This document shows, piece by piece, positions 35,575 to 46,560 of a DNA stretch of 51,916 bases. Source of the stretch: Chiloscyllium plagiosum (taxonomy: Eukaryota); assembly GCF_004010195.1 (NCBI RefSeq), contig NC_057718.1, positions 14,525,578-14,577,493 on the forward strand, in the 5' to 3' direction. How positions within the stretch are numbered: position 1 is the first letter of the stretch; the number at the start of each line of letters is the position of its first letter. The notes beneath the pieces were generated by a model. It was not told the origin of the DNA and did no database searches. It was given only the letters and a program-made list of their open reading frames with translations. A program made the translations under genes and the position numbers.

Positions 35575-37075
35575 ATTCGTTGACAGATTTGGACATCACT
35601 GGCGAGATCAGCATTTATTACCCAGCTCTAGTTTGACTGAAGGTGATATTACAGGAGGGTCACCAACGTTAGGGCAGGAGTGCCAGGATTTTTACCCAGT
35701 AACGCTGAAACAAAGATATATTTCCAAGTCAGCGTTTTGGAGGGGAACTTGCCAGTGGTGCTGTTTCTATGTGCCAGCTACCTTTGCCCTCTTAGGTGAC
35801 GCAAATTGCAGGTTTGCAAGGTGTTCCTGAAGGTGAGTTACTGCAGTGCATCTTCTGATGATACACACTGCTGTCAGTGTGCATCTTGGATGTAGGGGGT
35901 AAATGTGGAAGGAGGTAGATAGGCTGCTGATCAAGAGGGCAGCTTTGTCCTGGATGGTGTCAAGCTTCTTGAGTCCGGTTTGGCCTGCACTCATTCCACT
36001 GCACACCTGGTTTCTGCCTTGTAAGTTTTGGACTGGCTTTGGAGAATCAGGAGGTGAAGTACTCACCACAGAGTTCTAGTTCTGATCTGGTCTTGCAGCT
36101 CTTGAGTATTTATATAGTTATTGCAGTTCAGTTTCTGGTCATTGGCTAATCCAACGATTTTGTTGATGTTGGGAGATTCGGTGATGGTAAAATCTTTGAA
36201 GATGGTTAGGCTTTTTCTTGTTGGAGATAGTTACCTGGCACAAGCAGCCCAAGCCTGAATATTGTCCAAGTCTTTCTGCATGTGATCACAAGTGCTTCAG
36301 TCCTTGAGAACTTGCAAATGCTAATGAACATTGTGCGATCATCAAATAACATCCCCATGTATGATGAAGGGAAGATCATAGATGTATTATATGAAGATGC
36401 TTGAGCCTAGGACACTTTCCTGAGAAACCCATGCAGTGACCTTCTGTAACTGAGGTGGGTGATCCTCAACAATCGTAACCAACTCCCTGGGTTTTATTCC
36501 AATGAGTTGAGAATTTTTTCCCTCATTCCCATTGGTTTCAACATTACTTGGTCAACATTTATCTTGGTAAAGACATTCACTCACTGTCCTGCTCTGGTGC
36601 CCATGTTTGGAGTATGACTGTAATGGGGTCTCGAGTCAAAAGGCCCTGCCAAAAAGTGAGGTGAACGTGAGGACTGCAGATGCTGAGATCAGAATGTGCT
36701 GAAAACGCACAGCAGGTCAGGCAGCATCTGACGAGCAGGAAAGTTAACGTTTTGGGCAAAAGCCCTGCATAATGTCTCATTCCTGATGAAGAACTTTAGC
36801 CCGAAACATTGATTTTGCTGCTTCTCGGATACTGTCTGACCTGCTGTGCTTTTCCAGCACCACCTTAATCTGGACCCTGCCAGAGAATGAACTGAGCATC
36901 AGGGAGCCTGTTATTAATAACTAAGTGTTGTTTGACAGCACTGTCAACGACCTTTACCTTCGTCTTGCCAGTGATTGAGAAATGGGCAGTTGGCCAGCTT
37001 GGGTTTTTCCTGCTTTTTGTGATTGGACATACCTGGGCAGCTTTTCACATTGGTGGATTGATGCTAGGGGCAAGT
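35575..37075 (-). mobile_element. Decayed LINE with a family-B palindromic element inserted at ~36656-36871
   Basis: Minus ORF has LKKLDTIQDKAALLI...IYPLHPRCTLTAVCI. The insert has inverted arms and cctgatgaagaactttagcccgaaacatt, and its flanks share ccctgcca. Confidence 0.7.
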
Positions 37076-38009
37076 TTTGATACAATAGAGTAGCCATTTC
37101 TGAGGGCGGTCAAGAGGCTGGAGTCACATGCAATCAAAATCAGGTAAAAGCCAGCAGATTTCCTTCTCGAAAGAACTTCATTCAATCAGGTGATTTTTCC
37201 GACATTCTGGCAGTTTTATGTGGCACTGGCATTTTATTACCGGTTTGTATTTAATTAATTGGATGTAAATTTATCAATCATCATGGTGGGATTTGAAACG
37301 ATTTCTGTAGATCAGTGGTTGAGGTCACTGGATTACAAATTTAGCAATATTACCATTCTGATCTGGATTGTATCCATCATTACCTCAAACAATCGATCAG
37401 TTGAGAATTAGTTCAATATTTGAGCACAGTCTTTTATGTTGTTAACACCTTCTTTACTTTTTTTAAAATCATTTTTGGCTTGGAGCTGTGAATTGTGAGC
37501 TGAGATCTGACGGTGACCTTTAGACTAGATGTACTGTACATCTCTATGACTCTGTGACCAATCGAGCCTTCATCCTGTAGCTTTTACAGCCACAATCCTT
37601 CTGACCTAAACTCGGTTCAAAAGCCAGTTTAAACTTTGGTTTCTCTTTGTTAGATTGCCAGTGAGGCCCCTGTTAATGTTCAAACATCTGCCATCTGTTT
37701 GAGCACAATGCATCCCCGGAACCAAAATAGCCCTAGCGTTCTTTAAACTAATATCAACCACCAATTAAATTCCACGTCTGGCCTCATAAACAAGTATCAG
37801 TTTGTTCTTTTTGTTTTAAGGAACAACACTCCCAACTCCTGTACTCAATACTCTGACCAATAAAGGAAAGCATTACAAATGCCTTCTTCACTATCCAATT
37901 TACCTGCAACTCCTGATAAGGTTTGCTTTCCCAAAATGCAGCACCTCACATTTCTCAGTATTAACTTACTGAAATTTCGGAGAGTAAAATCTCCTCTTCC
38001 AAGTGTTTG

Positions 38010-38240
38010 TAAACACGTACCAATAGATTTAAAAACAGCTTCTTCTCCGCTGTTATCAAACTTACGGACAGACGTCTCATACAGTAGAGTTGATCTTTCT
38101 CTACAACTTCACTGTTGCTGTAACACTACATTCTGCCTTCTGATGTACTTATGTAAGATATAATTTATACGGTTTTCACACAACACAACATGTTTCACTG
38201 TATCTCGGTATGCGTGACAATAATAAATCAAATCAAATCA
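38010..38240 (+). mobile_element. Rex1/Babar-like LINE 3' tail
   Basis: accaatagatttaaaaacagcttcttc...tttcactgtatctcggtatgcgtgacaataataaatcaaatcaaatca. Homologous to 33060-33640 and 43050-43285. Confidence 0.7.
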
Positions 38241-38717
38241 GTTGGAAGTATTAAGTAAATATTCCTTGGAGGTTACTGGAAGTTACTTGCGTTAGTGTCT
38301 TCAGAAACCAAGTAGGATACAATCTCATGCCCCTGTGATGTGACAGATCGTGGAGTTGGCTGTGAACTGGCCAGTTACATCTGGTTTTTCCTTTTGAGCC
38401 ATCTGTGTCAGCCTTTCTGGGGGTCTCGAGTCAAAGAAGGTTGGATTTAAATTATACATCGATTAGATTACCTTGTTGCTTAACTTTGATCTGCTATAAC
38501 TACTGTATTATTAACAAATGGTTAAATTTTCTGTTTGAGTTCTAGACTTGGTGATTGGTATCAGGTATTCTGATTAAGAATACCTGATAGACAAAGTCTG
38601 ATTAGGAACCATTGGGACTACTTTGAGCATTAATGAGGATTGTAATTTTCCTATGTTGTGAATACAGGGATAGGGAGGCTGATTTGATTTGGCTGTCTGT
38701 CCCTTTGTCATAGCAAC

Positions 38718-39250
38718 ATAGAATCATAGAGTTATAGAGCTGTACATCACGCAAACAGACTCTTCGGTCCAACTCGTCCATGCTGACCAGATATCCTAAC
38801 CTAATCTAGTCCCATTTGCCAGCACTTGGGCCATATCCATCTTAACTCTTCCTATTCATATACCCATCCAGATGCCTTTTAAATATAGTTGTACCAGCCT
38901 CCATCACTTCCTCTGACAGCTTATTCCGTACACGCACCACACACTGCGTGAAAACGTTGCCCCTTAGGTCCCTTTTAAACTTTTCCCCTCTTGCCCTAAA
39001 CCTCTAGTTCTGGACTCCCCGCCTCTGGGAAAAGACCTTGTCTATTCACCCTATCCATGCCCTTCATGATTTTATAAACCTCTATAAGATCATCCCTCAG
39101 TATCCGATGCTCCAGGGAAAATAGTGCCAGCCTGTTGAGCCTCTCCCTATAGAACAAATCTTCCAACCCGAGCAACATCCTTGTAAATCTTTTCTGAATC
39201 CTTTCAAATTTCACAACATAATTTCTATAGGTGAGAGACCAGAATTGCAC
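38718..39250 (-). mobile_element. HER1/CR1 LINE 3' fragment
   Basis: QFWSLTYRNYVVKFERIQKRFTRMLLGLEDL and tail. Confidence 0.9.
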
Positions 39251-39669
39251 ACAACATCTACCTAGTAGGATTTGGTTTCACTTTTTGTCTGAAAAATAGC
39301 ACCTTCAACAAAGCAGCACTCCTTCAGTGTTGTACCGGGGAGTCAGTCAGGACCTATTCAAGTCTCTGCAGCAGGATTTGAACATCTGACTCGGAGACCA
39401 GGATGTTATTCACCAAGCCACAGCTGAGAAGTGCAAAAGAAATCTGAGTGCAGTACCTTTCCTGCTGCTGGCCTCTGACTGCAGTGTTTAGTCCTCTCAG
39501 CAACTCATATACTGAAACAGTCTGTACATACATACACTGAGCCCTGGGCAATATCCAGGCTTGGGCTAATAAAATCACATAGCCTTCTCCCCATCCCAGT
39601 CATTGTTCAGTCTGTCCAGGTATGCTGCTTTCTGCTACCAGGTGGCATGGGAGAAGGAAGAGAGAAAGG

Positions 39670-39975
39670 CACACATTTTCTCACATACATACACACTCTC
39701 TCTCATGCCCACGGACATTTTCTCTCTCTCACACACACAGTCTCTCTCTCACACACACATACACAAACACTCTCGCACATACAAACACTTACACACACAT
39801 GTACACACAAACACTCACACGCACACAAAACACATTCACGCATACACACAAACACTCACACATACAAACACACACATGCAAACACTTACACTTACACACA
39901 TGTACACACAAACACGCACACAAAACACACAAAATACACTCACACACACAAACTCTCACTCCCACACACACTGTC
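39670..39975. repeat. Degenerate (CA)n microsatellite
   Basis: Imperfect CA/CT repeats. These explain the His/Thr-rich spurious ORFs. Confidence 0.9.
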
Positions 39976-40204
39976 TGTGAGCCTCAGTGAGTTTTCTTTC
40001 ATCATCCTCCCAATCCTGTCTCACTAACTGCATACTGTGCCCCTGTGGAATCCCCTTTGTCCTATTCTCTTACTCACTGCGGATGAAAAACATAGGCCAC
40101 TGCTGGGACCTTCTGGGAATCCTGGCATTGCTGCCAGCTGTAAAGGTCAAGTGCTGCCAGTCTGTAGCTATCCTGCAGGGCTCATTTTATTTGCCAGCTG
40201 TCAC

Positions 40205-40280
40205 ATGACACCAGGTTACAGTCCAACAGATTTATTTGAAATCACAAGCTTTCAGAGCCCTGCCCCTTCATCAGGTGAAG
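40205..40280 (-). mobile_element. Family A pseudo-LTR fragment with decayed hammerhead
   Basis: caccaggttacagtccaacagatttattt...caagctttcagagccctgccccttcatcaggtg. Confidence 0.7.
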
Positions 40281-40984
40281 CCAAGTTCCTTTGTTATATC
40301 ATCACAAAACATGTGCATGCTGCATGTTTATATTTACAAGTTCATTATAAATCATCAGAAGATCAACACAGTTTCTTTACCCTATTGTAGAAGCGCTCCA
40401 CTGTGCATCAGAAAGAAACCTTCAGGAAGTAATGCCTGGCACTACACTATGCTGTGTAAAGATGAGGGCAAGCTGGTTGCCCGAAGGAAGCTCTGTTTGT
40501 ATCTTCATAAATGGTGGGTGTTCCAACAGGCTCGGAAGTCCTCGATGTGTTTAGGGCACGCTGCACTCCCTCTGAATACTCCCAGACATGCAGCCACTTT
40601 CCTGGCCTGTATTTGATGTGGTTCTGCAGCCACCCCTCTGAGCTACTGCCTGCAGATGGTTCTGATTAGAATCCAGTCAGCGAGTCATCTTAGATACTTA
40701 ACTCTGGCAAGATTACCTCTACACAAGGATTCATGGGACCCAGGGGCAATTTAGTCCCTCAGCTTTCTTTTGCGGGGGGAAGGGTATAAAGTCAGAACCA
40801 GCTGCAAACTTCGCTGGTTTTGGCCAGAATCATACAGCATCTGCTGTATGATTAGGAAACAGCCCATTCTCCAATACAAAAGTTTAAAGTGAGAATGCTC
40901 AATCATAAATTAGTAGCCGGAGGCATTTTGTAAAACAAAGCTGTCAACCTGGGCTCACCTCTCAGGGGTCTTCATTGAAAGGAG

Positions 40985-41085
40985 GGGGACAGAGAAGTGA
41001 GTGAGAGGGAAAGAAAGAGAGAGAGAGAGAGAAAGACAGAAAGAGAAGGAAAGAAAGAGAGAGAGAGAGAGACATAGAGACAGAA
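40985..41085. repeat. (GA)n / purine-rich simple repeat (another at ~47635-47765)
   Basis: Direct reading. Confidence 0.85.
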
Positions 41086-42903
41086 ACTACCAGAATGGAA
41101 ACTTGGAAAGACCAGTTCCGACCAGCCCCATTTCATTACAATTCCAGATGGCATATTCCCAAAAGATCAAACCTCAATGTGTCCGTAAGAATGTGGGTTA
41201 CGATCCATTGTCACAGTACTCTGCTGTATATACCTTTCTCGAAGTCTTCTGTAGCCATTAAGCTCATATCACTTGCAGCATGGTATCAAGAATGCTGCAG
41301 CTGAAATGGTGTGGATTTTCAGGGCTCTAAGAGAGTCAGTTTCTGAAAGGAACAGCAAGGAAGAAGTAAAACAAAAATCTGCAACTGGGAATTACTGGGT
41401 GAGTCAAAATGGGTGTGTATTTTCCATTGCCTGCAGTTGTGGAGATTAAAGGAGGTGCGGACAGAATTGGAGATTTTTTTTCCCCGTTCTTACTGACAAA
41501 GCAATGAATAGCTACAAAATTAATTTAAGAAAACTTCAGCAAAAGAAGTGTTTTTTTTTTGTTGGGAAAGAATGTTACAAGGTGTATTGCGGTCTAGCAC
41601 TCTCTGAGGAGCAGCAATGTTTGACTCCAGGAATTTTGAAGGATCACTTTGAATTTCATATTGTCACTTCTGAATGGTATGTGTTCTACATCACAGTTCG
41701 GAGGAAAGAGAGATTATTAACTTGTATGTGGCAGCACTGATATATCGATTAAATCCTGAGAGCATGGACAAATGAAAGGTGATCTCAGCAGAGACAGAAG
41801 TGTGTTAGGCATAAGAGATTCTGCCATGAGAACACATCTGCTGAGACAGGAGAAAGCTAATCTCAAGGAAGCTACTAACATGTGCAGAAACTCTGGGGTG
41901 GTCAGTCACAGCTCGACGATATGAATGAAATAACAGGTGAGGCTTTGCACTATGCTGATAGATATTTCAAACTAAATTGAGAATGACATATTGGAAAGAA
42001 AAAAACATTTACAAAAAGCCAGCAAAAAGACCAAGGCCATAGGGTAGGATGTAGATATTGAGAAGGACATCACATGAAATAAAGGAAATGACGCCTAGCA
42101 TAGGAAAGCATGTTCTAACTGCAAAAGGCTGGATCACTTTGCTCATAAGTGTAGAGCTAGAAAGAAGCAAAGCAAGCCTACAAAGGCGGCAGCTAGTGAG
42201 ATGTTAGCCAAAGAGTCTGATGAATCATTCAAGACTAGATTGGCATCGTCAGATCTAAAGGTGAGAAATGGTTCATGACCAACTGAATGATGACTATAGA
42301 AAGAGAGCATGAAGTGAATGTGAAGTATCGGACTGTGCCATATCATGAGCTTCACAGAATTCTGCAAAGTCAGGTGACGTGGTGTCCAAACAAATGTAGC
42401 CCTCGAAGTAAGATTGAGGCCAAATGACAGACCAGTCGTCATCCCAAGAGGGAAAATGAGCGCCCAGTGCAACAGAAAGGATGAGGATCTAGAATTCAAG
42501 ATAGCAGATGTGAAGCAAGATTCTCTCATCTGAGCTGAAGCAAGTCGAAAGCTTGAACTAATAAACTTCAATGTGCTGGAAGAGATTTGCAGTGTTTCAT
42601 GCATTACTGACAGCCCAAAAGATTCTTAAAGATTACAAAGATTTGTCTTCCAGATCTTGGATGTGTTCCATGGTGAATATCATCTCAGAGTAGATGCTTG
42701 TGTGAGACCACCTCAGCATCAGACAAGAGGAGTCCCAGCTGCCCTCAAGTCCAGCGTGAAAGAATAACAAAGAAGAATTTGAAACCAAGGGTGTAATCAA
42801 GAGAGAGATGGCGCCTACAAACTGAACAGCAGTCATGAAAGAAACTGGAAAACTGAGAGAATGCATAGATCAAAATGATCTGAGTAAAGCTTTTGACGAG
42901 GTG

Positions 42904-43285
42904 TCCAACCTCCCATCTATAGAATCCATTTACCAGGCCCGCTGTCGAGGATAATGCCGCCAGCATTCTTAAAGATCCATCCCACCCTGGCAATGTTTTT
43001 CGACAACCTCTACCATCGGGGAGAAGGTACAGAAGCCTGAACACATGCACCAGCCGGTTTCGCAACAGTTTCTACCCTACTGTTGTTAGAATACTGAATG
43101 GATACACAAAATCTTAACCTTTGCCTGTACCTGTGTTTTTGTTTTTGCCGCTGTTGACCTATTGTTGACTTATCTATGCTACTTAACTCTGCGATCTGCC
43201 TGTATTGCTCGCAAGACAAAGCTTTTCACTGTGCCTCAGTACACGTGACAATAGATTCAATTCATCCATTCATTCATTCAATTCA
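42904..43285 (+). mobile_element. Rex1/Babar-like LINE 3' end nested in the Gypsy RT
   Basis: LPSIESIYQARC...ILKDPSHPG...LPSGRRYRSLNTCTSRFRNSFYPTVVRILN with a (ATTC)n tail. The Gypsy frame resumes afterwards. Confidence 0.85.
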
Positions 43286-43439
43286 TGTTCCTACCCCATG
43301 GCAACCATTGAAGGTTTGCCATAACTTTCCATGATTTTACCACCTTCAATGTAGAGGTTGGCTACAATCAAGTAAAGCAGCAATTTTCTTTTAAACTATA
43401 TTCTGGATGCCATTTGGAAGATAAGTTTGTTTTGCTTGC

Positions 43440-43909
43440 TGTAAGAACCATGTGATTTTATTTTGTGTCTTTAAAAAACTGTGGACTACAAGGAGAAAGA
43501 ACTGTTTTTAAAAAGTAGGGACTTACCAGGATGGCTGCATCGGAAACTGGAAGCAAAGATTACTAGACTGATCTTCCAGTTTTTCTACCTCCTCTGAGAC
43601 TCTTGTTTTCCCTATTTATTTGTGTATGTGTCTGTAATGGTTAGGGGGGTGGGGGGAATGTGGTTTGTCAAGGGATTAGAATTTTTGTTACATGCCAATG
43701 GCTTATATTTGTTTATCTTTAGCTATAGTCTACTTCCTTCTAATAAATAATGATTCTTATTGAGTCCAAAAATCTGGTTCATGTTTTTGTCAAATTACTC
43801 TGACAGTCAGATAAATCGAGATTCTGTGCGCATCTTAAAAAAAAAATTGGTATGACTCCTGAAATAGCGAGACTTGATTTATGGTGTACTTGCCCAGTGG
43901 GTCCTAACA
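43440..43909 (+). mobile_element. Solo LTR nested in the Gypsy RT
   Basis: TGTAAG...TAACA termini, AATAAA at ~43742, 4-bp TSD ttgc/atgc. Splits the RT between FGR and MLFGI. Confidence 0.7.
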
Positions 43910-45247
43910 ATGCTGTTTGGCATTCCCATCACTCCTGAAGAGATTCAATGCAGACAGTACGAGAGCATCAGTGATCTTCCTGGGGAGAAAACCTATTATA
44001 GCGTCCTGCTGATCCACAGGTTTGGAGATATAGTGGAAGAAACCATTGCAGATCATGATTAGAATCATGTTAAAGAGAACTTATCAAACTACTTGAAGTT
44101 GAACAAGAAAAAGGCGCAATTGAAGAATCAAGTATAGAGGTCATGTGTTGACAGCACATTGTCTTGCCAGGGCCCTGACATGGTGTGAGCTGGAGCAGAG
44201 ATGCAGCTATCAACTGATGTGAAAGTAGTGCAATGATTTGTCAGCTACATGAACTATTTAGCAAAGATCTTGTCTGATGTGTCATTAGAGTCTGGACGTT
44301 TACACAAACCACTGCTCAGGATATGCAATACCGTTGGGGCACTGATCGAGAGCAGTTTTTATGAGAACCAATCAGCTAGTGACAACAAACCCAGAGCTGA
44401 GGTACTGCAATGTCAATGAGGTGAGACCAGACTTGGAGCAACCCTTATAGCAAGGGCAACCAGGTGCAGCTGGAGCCTAACCCAAACTGAAAGACGCGAG
44501 ATTCAGTTTGAGAAAGACAAAGTAACACTGGATTGCGGGCAGAGGTCACTTCAAAGCATCTTCCTCAGACCACTTTTATCTGCTCCAAAGCATCGAAAAA
44601 TGTCACTTAATTTGCAACATGATATAGCAAGGTAAACAGATATACACTGCTGACATGCTGTCGACAGCAGAATTCGTAATGAAGAAATTTTAAAATGTTA
44701 AGGCAGAGTGCCAGTGAGAAGCGACAGTTCATCAGGCTCTGGAAGTTATCGACCCAGCAGAATATAACAGAACGGCACCATGCTCAAATCGAGTGAGCTA
44801 CCCAACGAGATGCATCTTTCCAAATTGCAGGAAGTAATGCTGAGACAATGGCTTCAAAGCATCAAGGACAACTCTTTGGCTATAAGACTGTACTGGACAG
44901 ACAGAGATGAACAATTCAGCCCAAGGTGTCATCTTGTTTGAAGACGATAGACTCATTTTCCCTGAGGTGATGAGAACAGAGAGGATAAAGTGGAAACCAT
45001 TAGGGAACTGAATATAGTCTGAGGAAGGTAAGGGAAATGTTCTGTTGGCCAAATATGAGTAATGGGTTTAAGGTCCACATTGGCCAGTGTAACATTTACA
45101 TGAATGTCAAGTTGAGCAAGCTGGAGAGTTATTGATGATGAATGGCATTCCAGCCTGACTGTGGGTGAAGCTTCAGTCTTCATGCTCACACGATTTGTCA
45201 GCATGTACTGTTCTGCCTATTGTGAGTCAGATTAGCTGATGTCAAAG

Positions 45248-46096
45248 CTTAAAAATGTGTTGCTGGAAAAGCGCAGCAGGTCAGGCAGCATCAAAGGAGA
45301 AGGAGAATCGACGTTTCGGGCATAAGCCCTTCTTCAGGAATGAGGAGGGTGTGCCAAGCAGGCTAAGATAAATGGGAGAGGGGTGACACTTGGGAGAGGG
45401 GCATTGGGAATGCGATAGGTGGAAGGAGGTTAAGGTGAGGGTGATAGGCCGGAGAGGGGGTGAGGGCGGGCCCTCTCCGGCCTATCACCCTCACCCTAAC
45501 CTCCTTCCACCTATCGCATTCCCAATGCNNNNNNNNNNNNNNNNNNNNNNNNNNNNNNNNNNNNNNNNNNNNNNNNNNNNNNNNNNNNNNNNNNNNNNNN
45601 NNNNNNNNNNNNNNNNNNNNNNNNNNNNNNNNNNNNNNNNNNNNNNNNNNNNNNNNNNNNNNNNNNNNNNNNNNNNNNNNNNNNNNNNNNNNNNNNNNNN
45701 NNNNNNNNNNNNNNNNNNNNNNNNNNNNNNNNNNNNNNNNNNNNNNNNNNNNNNNNNNNNNNNNNNNNNNNNNNNNNNNNNNNNNNNNNNNNNNNNNNNN
45801 NNNNNNGGGAGTGGTCTTTTCGGAACGCTGATAGGGGAGGGGAGGGAAATAAATCACTGGTGGTGGGGTCCGTTTGGAGGTGGCGGAAATGACGACGGAT
45901 GATCTGATGTATCTGGAGGTTGGTGAGGTGGTAGGTGAGAACTATAGGGTTCTGTCCTGGTGGCGATTGGAGGGGCGGGACTCAAGGGCGGAGGAGCGGG
46001 AAGTGGAAGAGATGCAGTGGAGAGCATCGTCAACCACGTCTGAGGGGAAATTGCGGTCTTTGAAGAAGGAGGCCATCTGGGTTGTTCGGTATTGGA
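45248..46096 (-). mobile_element. Young 5'-truncated Penelope-like element (family B) with perfect 17-bp TSD, spanning an assembly gap
   Basis: TSD attagctgatgtcaaag at 45231-45247 and 46097-46113. Minus frame has TTQMASFFKDRNFPSDVVDDAL (PLE thumb/linker). Intact hammerhead at 45305-45340 (-). Confidence 0.88.
45529..45806. other. Assembly gap (278 N)
   Basis: Run of N. Confidence 1.
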
Positions 46097-46335
46097 ATTA
46101 GCTGATGTCAAAGACTACTGGTGAGACTGTAGAATAACTGAAAGCACACTTCGTCATTCTAATATTGCAGACTTTGTGATGAGTGACAATGGCCTTCAGT
46201 TCACAAGGATTGGATAATTCAACACCATACATCCGGTCCACACTCTTCCCCCATCAGATAGAAATGTTGAGGTGACAGACAAAGGAATCATAAAGAAATA
46301 GAGAAAATCCAGCATTGACAAGCAGAGTAGTTCAG

Positions 46336-46560
46336 GTTAGGGTGGTGCTGGAAAAGCACAGCAGGTCAGGCAGCATCCGAGAAGCAGGAAAATCGACCTT
46401 TCGTGCAGGAGTCCTTCATCAGGAATGGCATCCCTGATGAAGAACTCCTGCCTGAAATGTCAGTTTTCCTGCTCCTCGGATGCTGCCTGACCTGCTGGGT
46501 TTTTTCAGCACCACTCTCATCTTGACTCCAATCTCCAGCATCTGCAGTCCTCACTTTCAC
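46336..46560. mobile_element. Palindromic Penelope-derived element (family B) nested in the Gypsy integrase
   Basis: Inverted arms centred near 46427. TSD caagcagagtagttcag (46319-46335) / catgcagaatagttcag (46561-46577). Confidence 0.85.

Noticed and set aside
38334..38718. Possible solo LTR (tgtga...gcaaca)
   Set aside because: No clear TSD or second copy, and the right end is obscured by a LINE; too weak to call.
39440..39540. Candidate for the preceding SMYD3 exon (QQQERYC)
   Set aside because: Lacks the Y.F.C.C..C post-SET motif and has a weak donor.
39603..40027. His/Thr-rich ORFs in several frames (also 21471-22147)
   Set aside because: Translations of CA/TG microsatellites.
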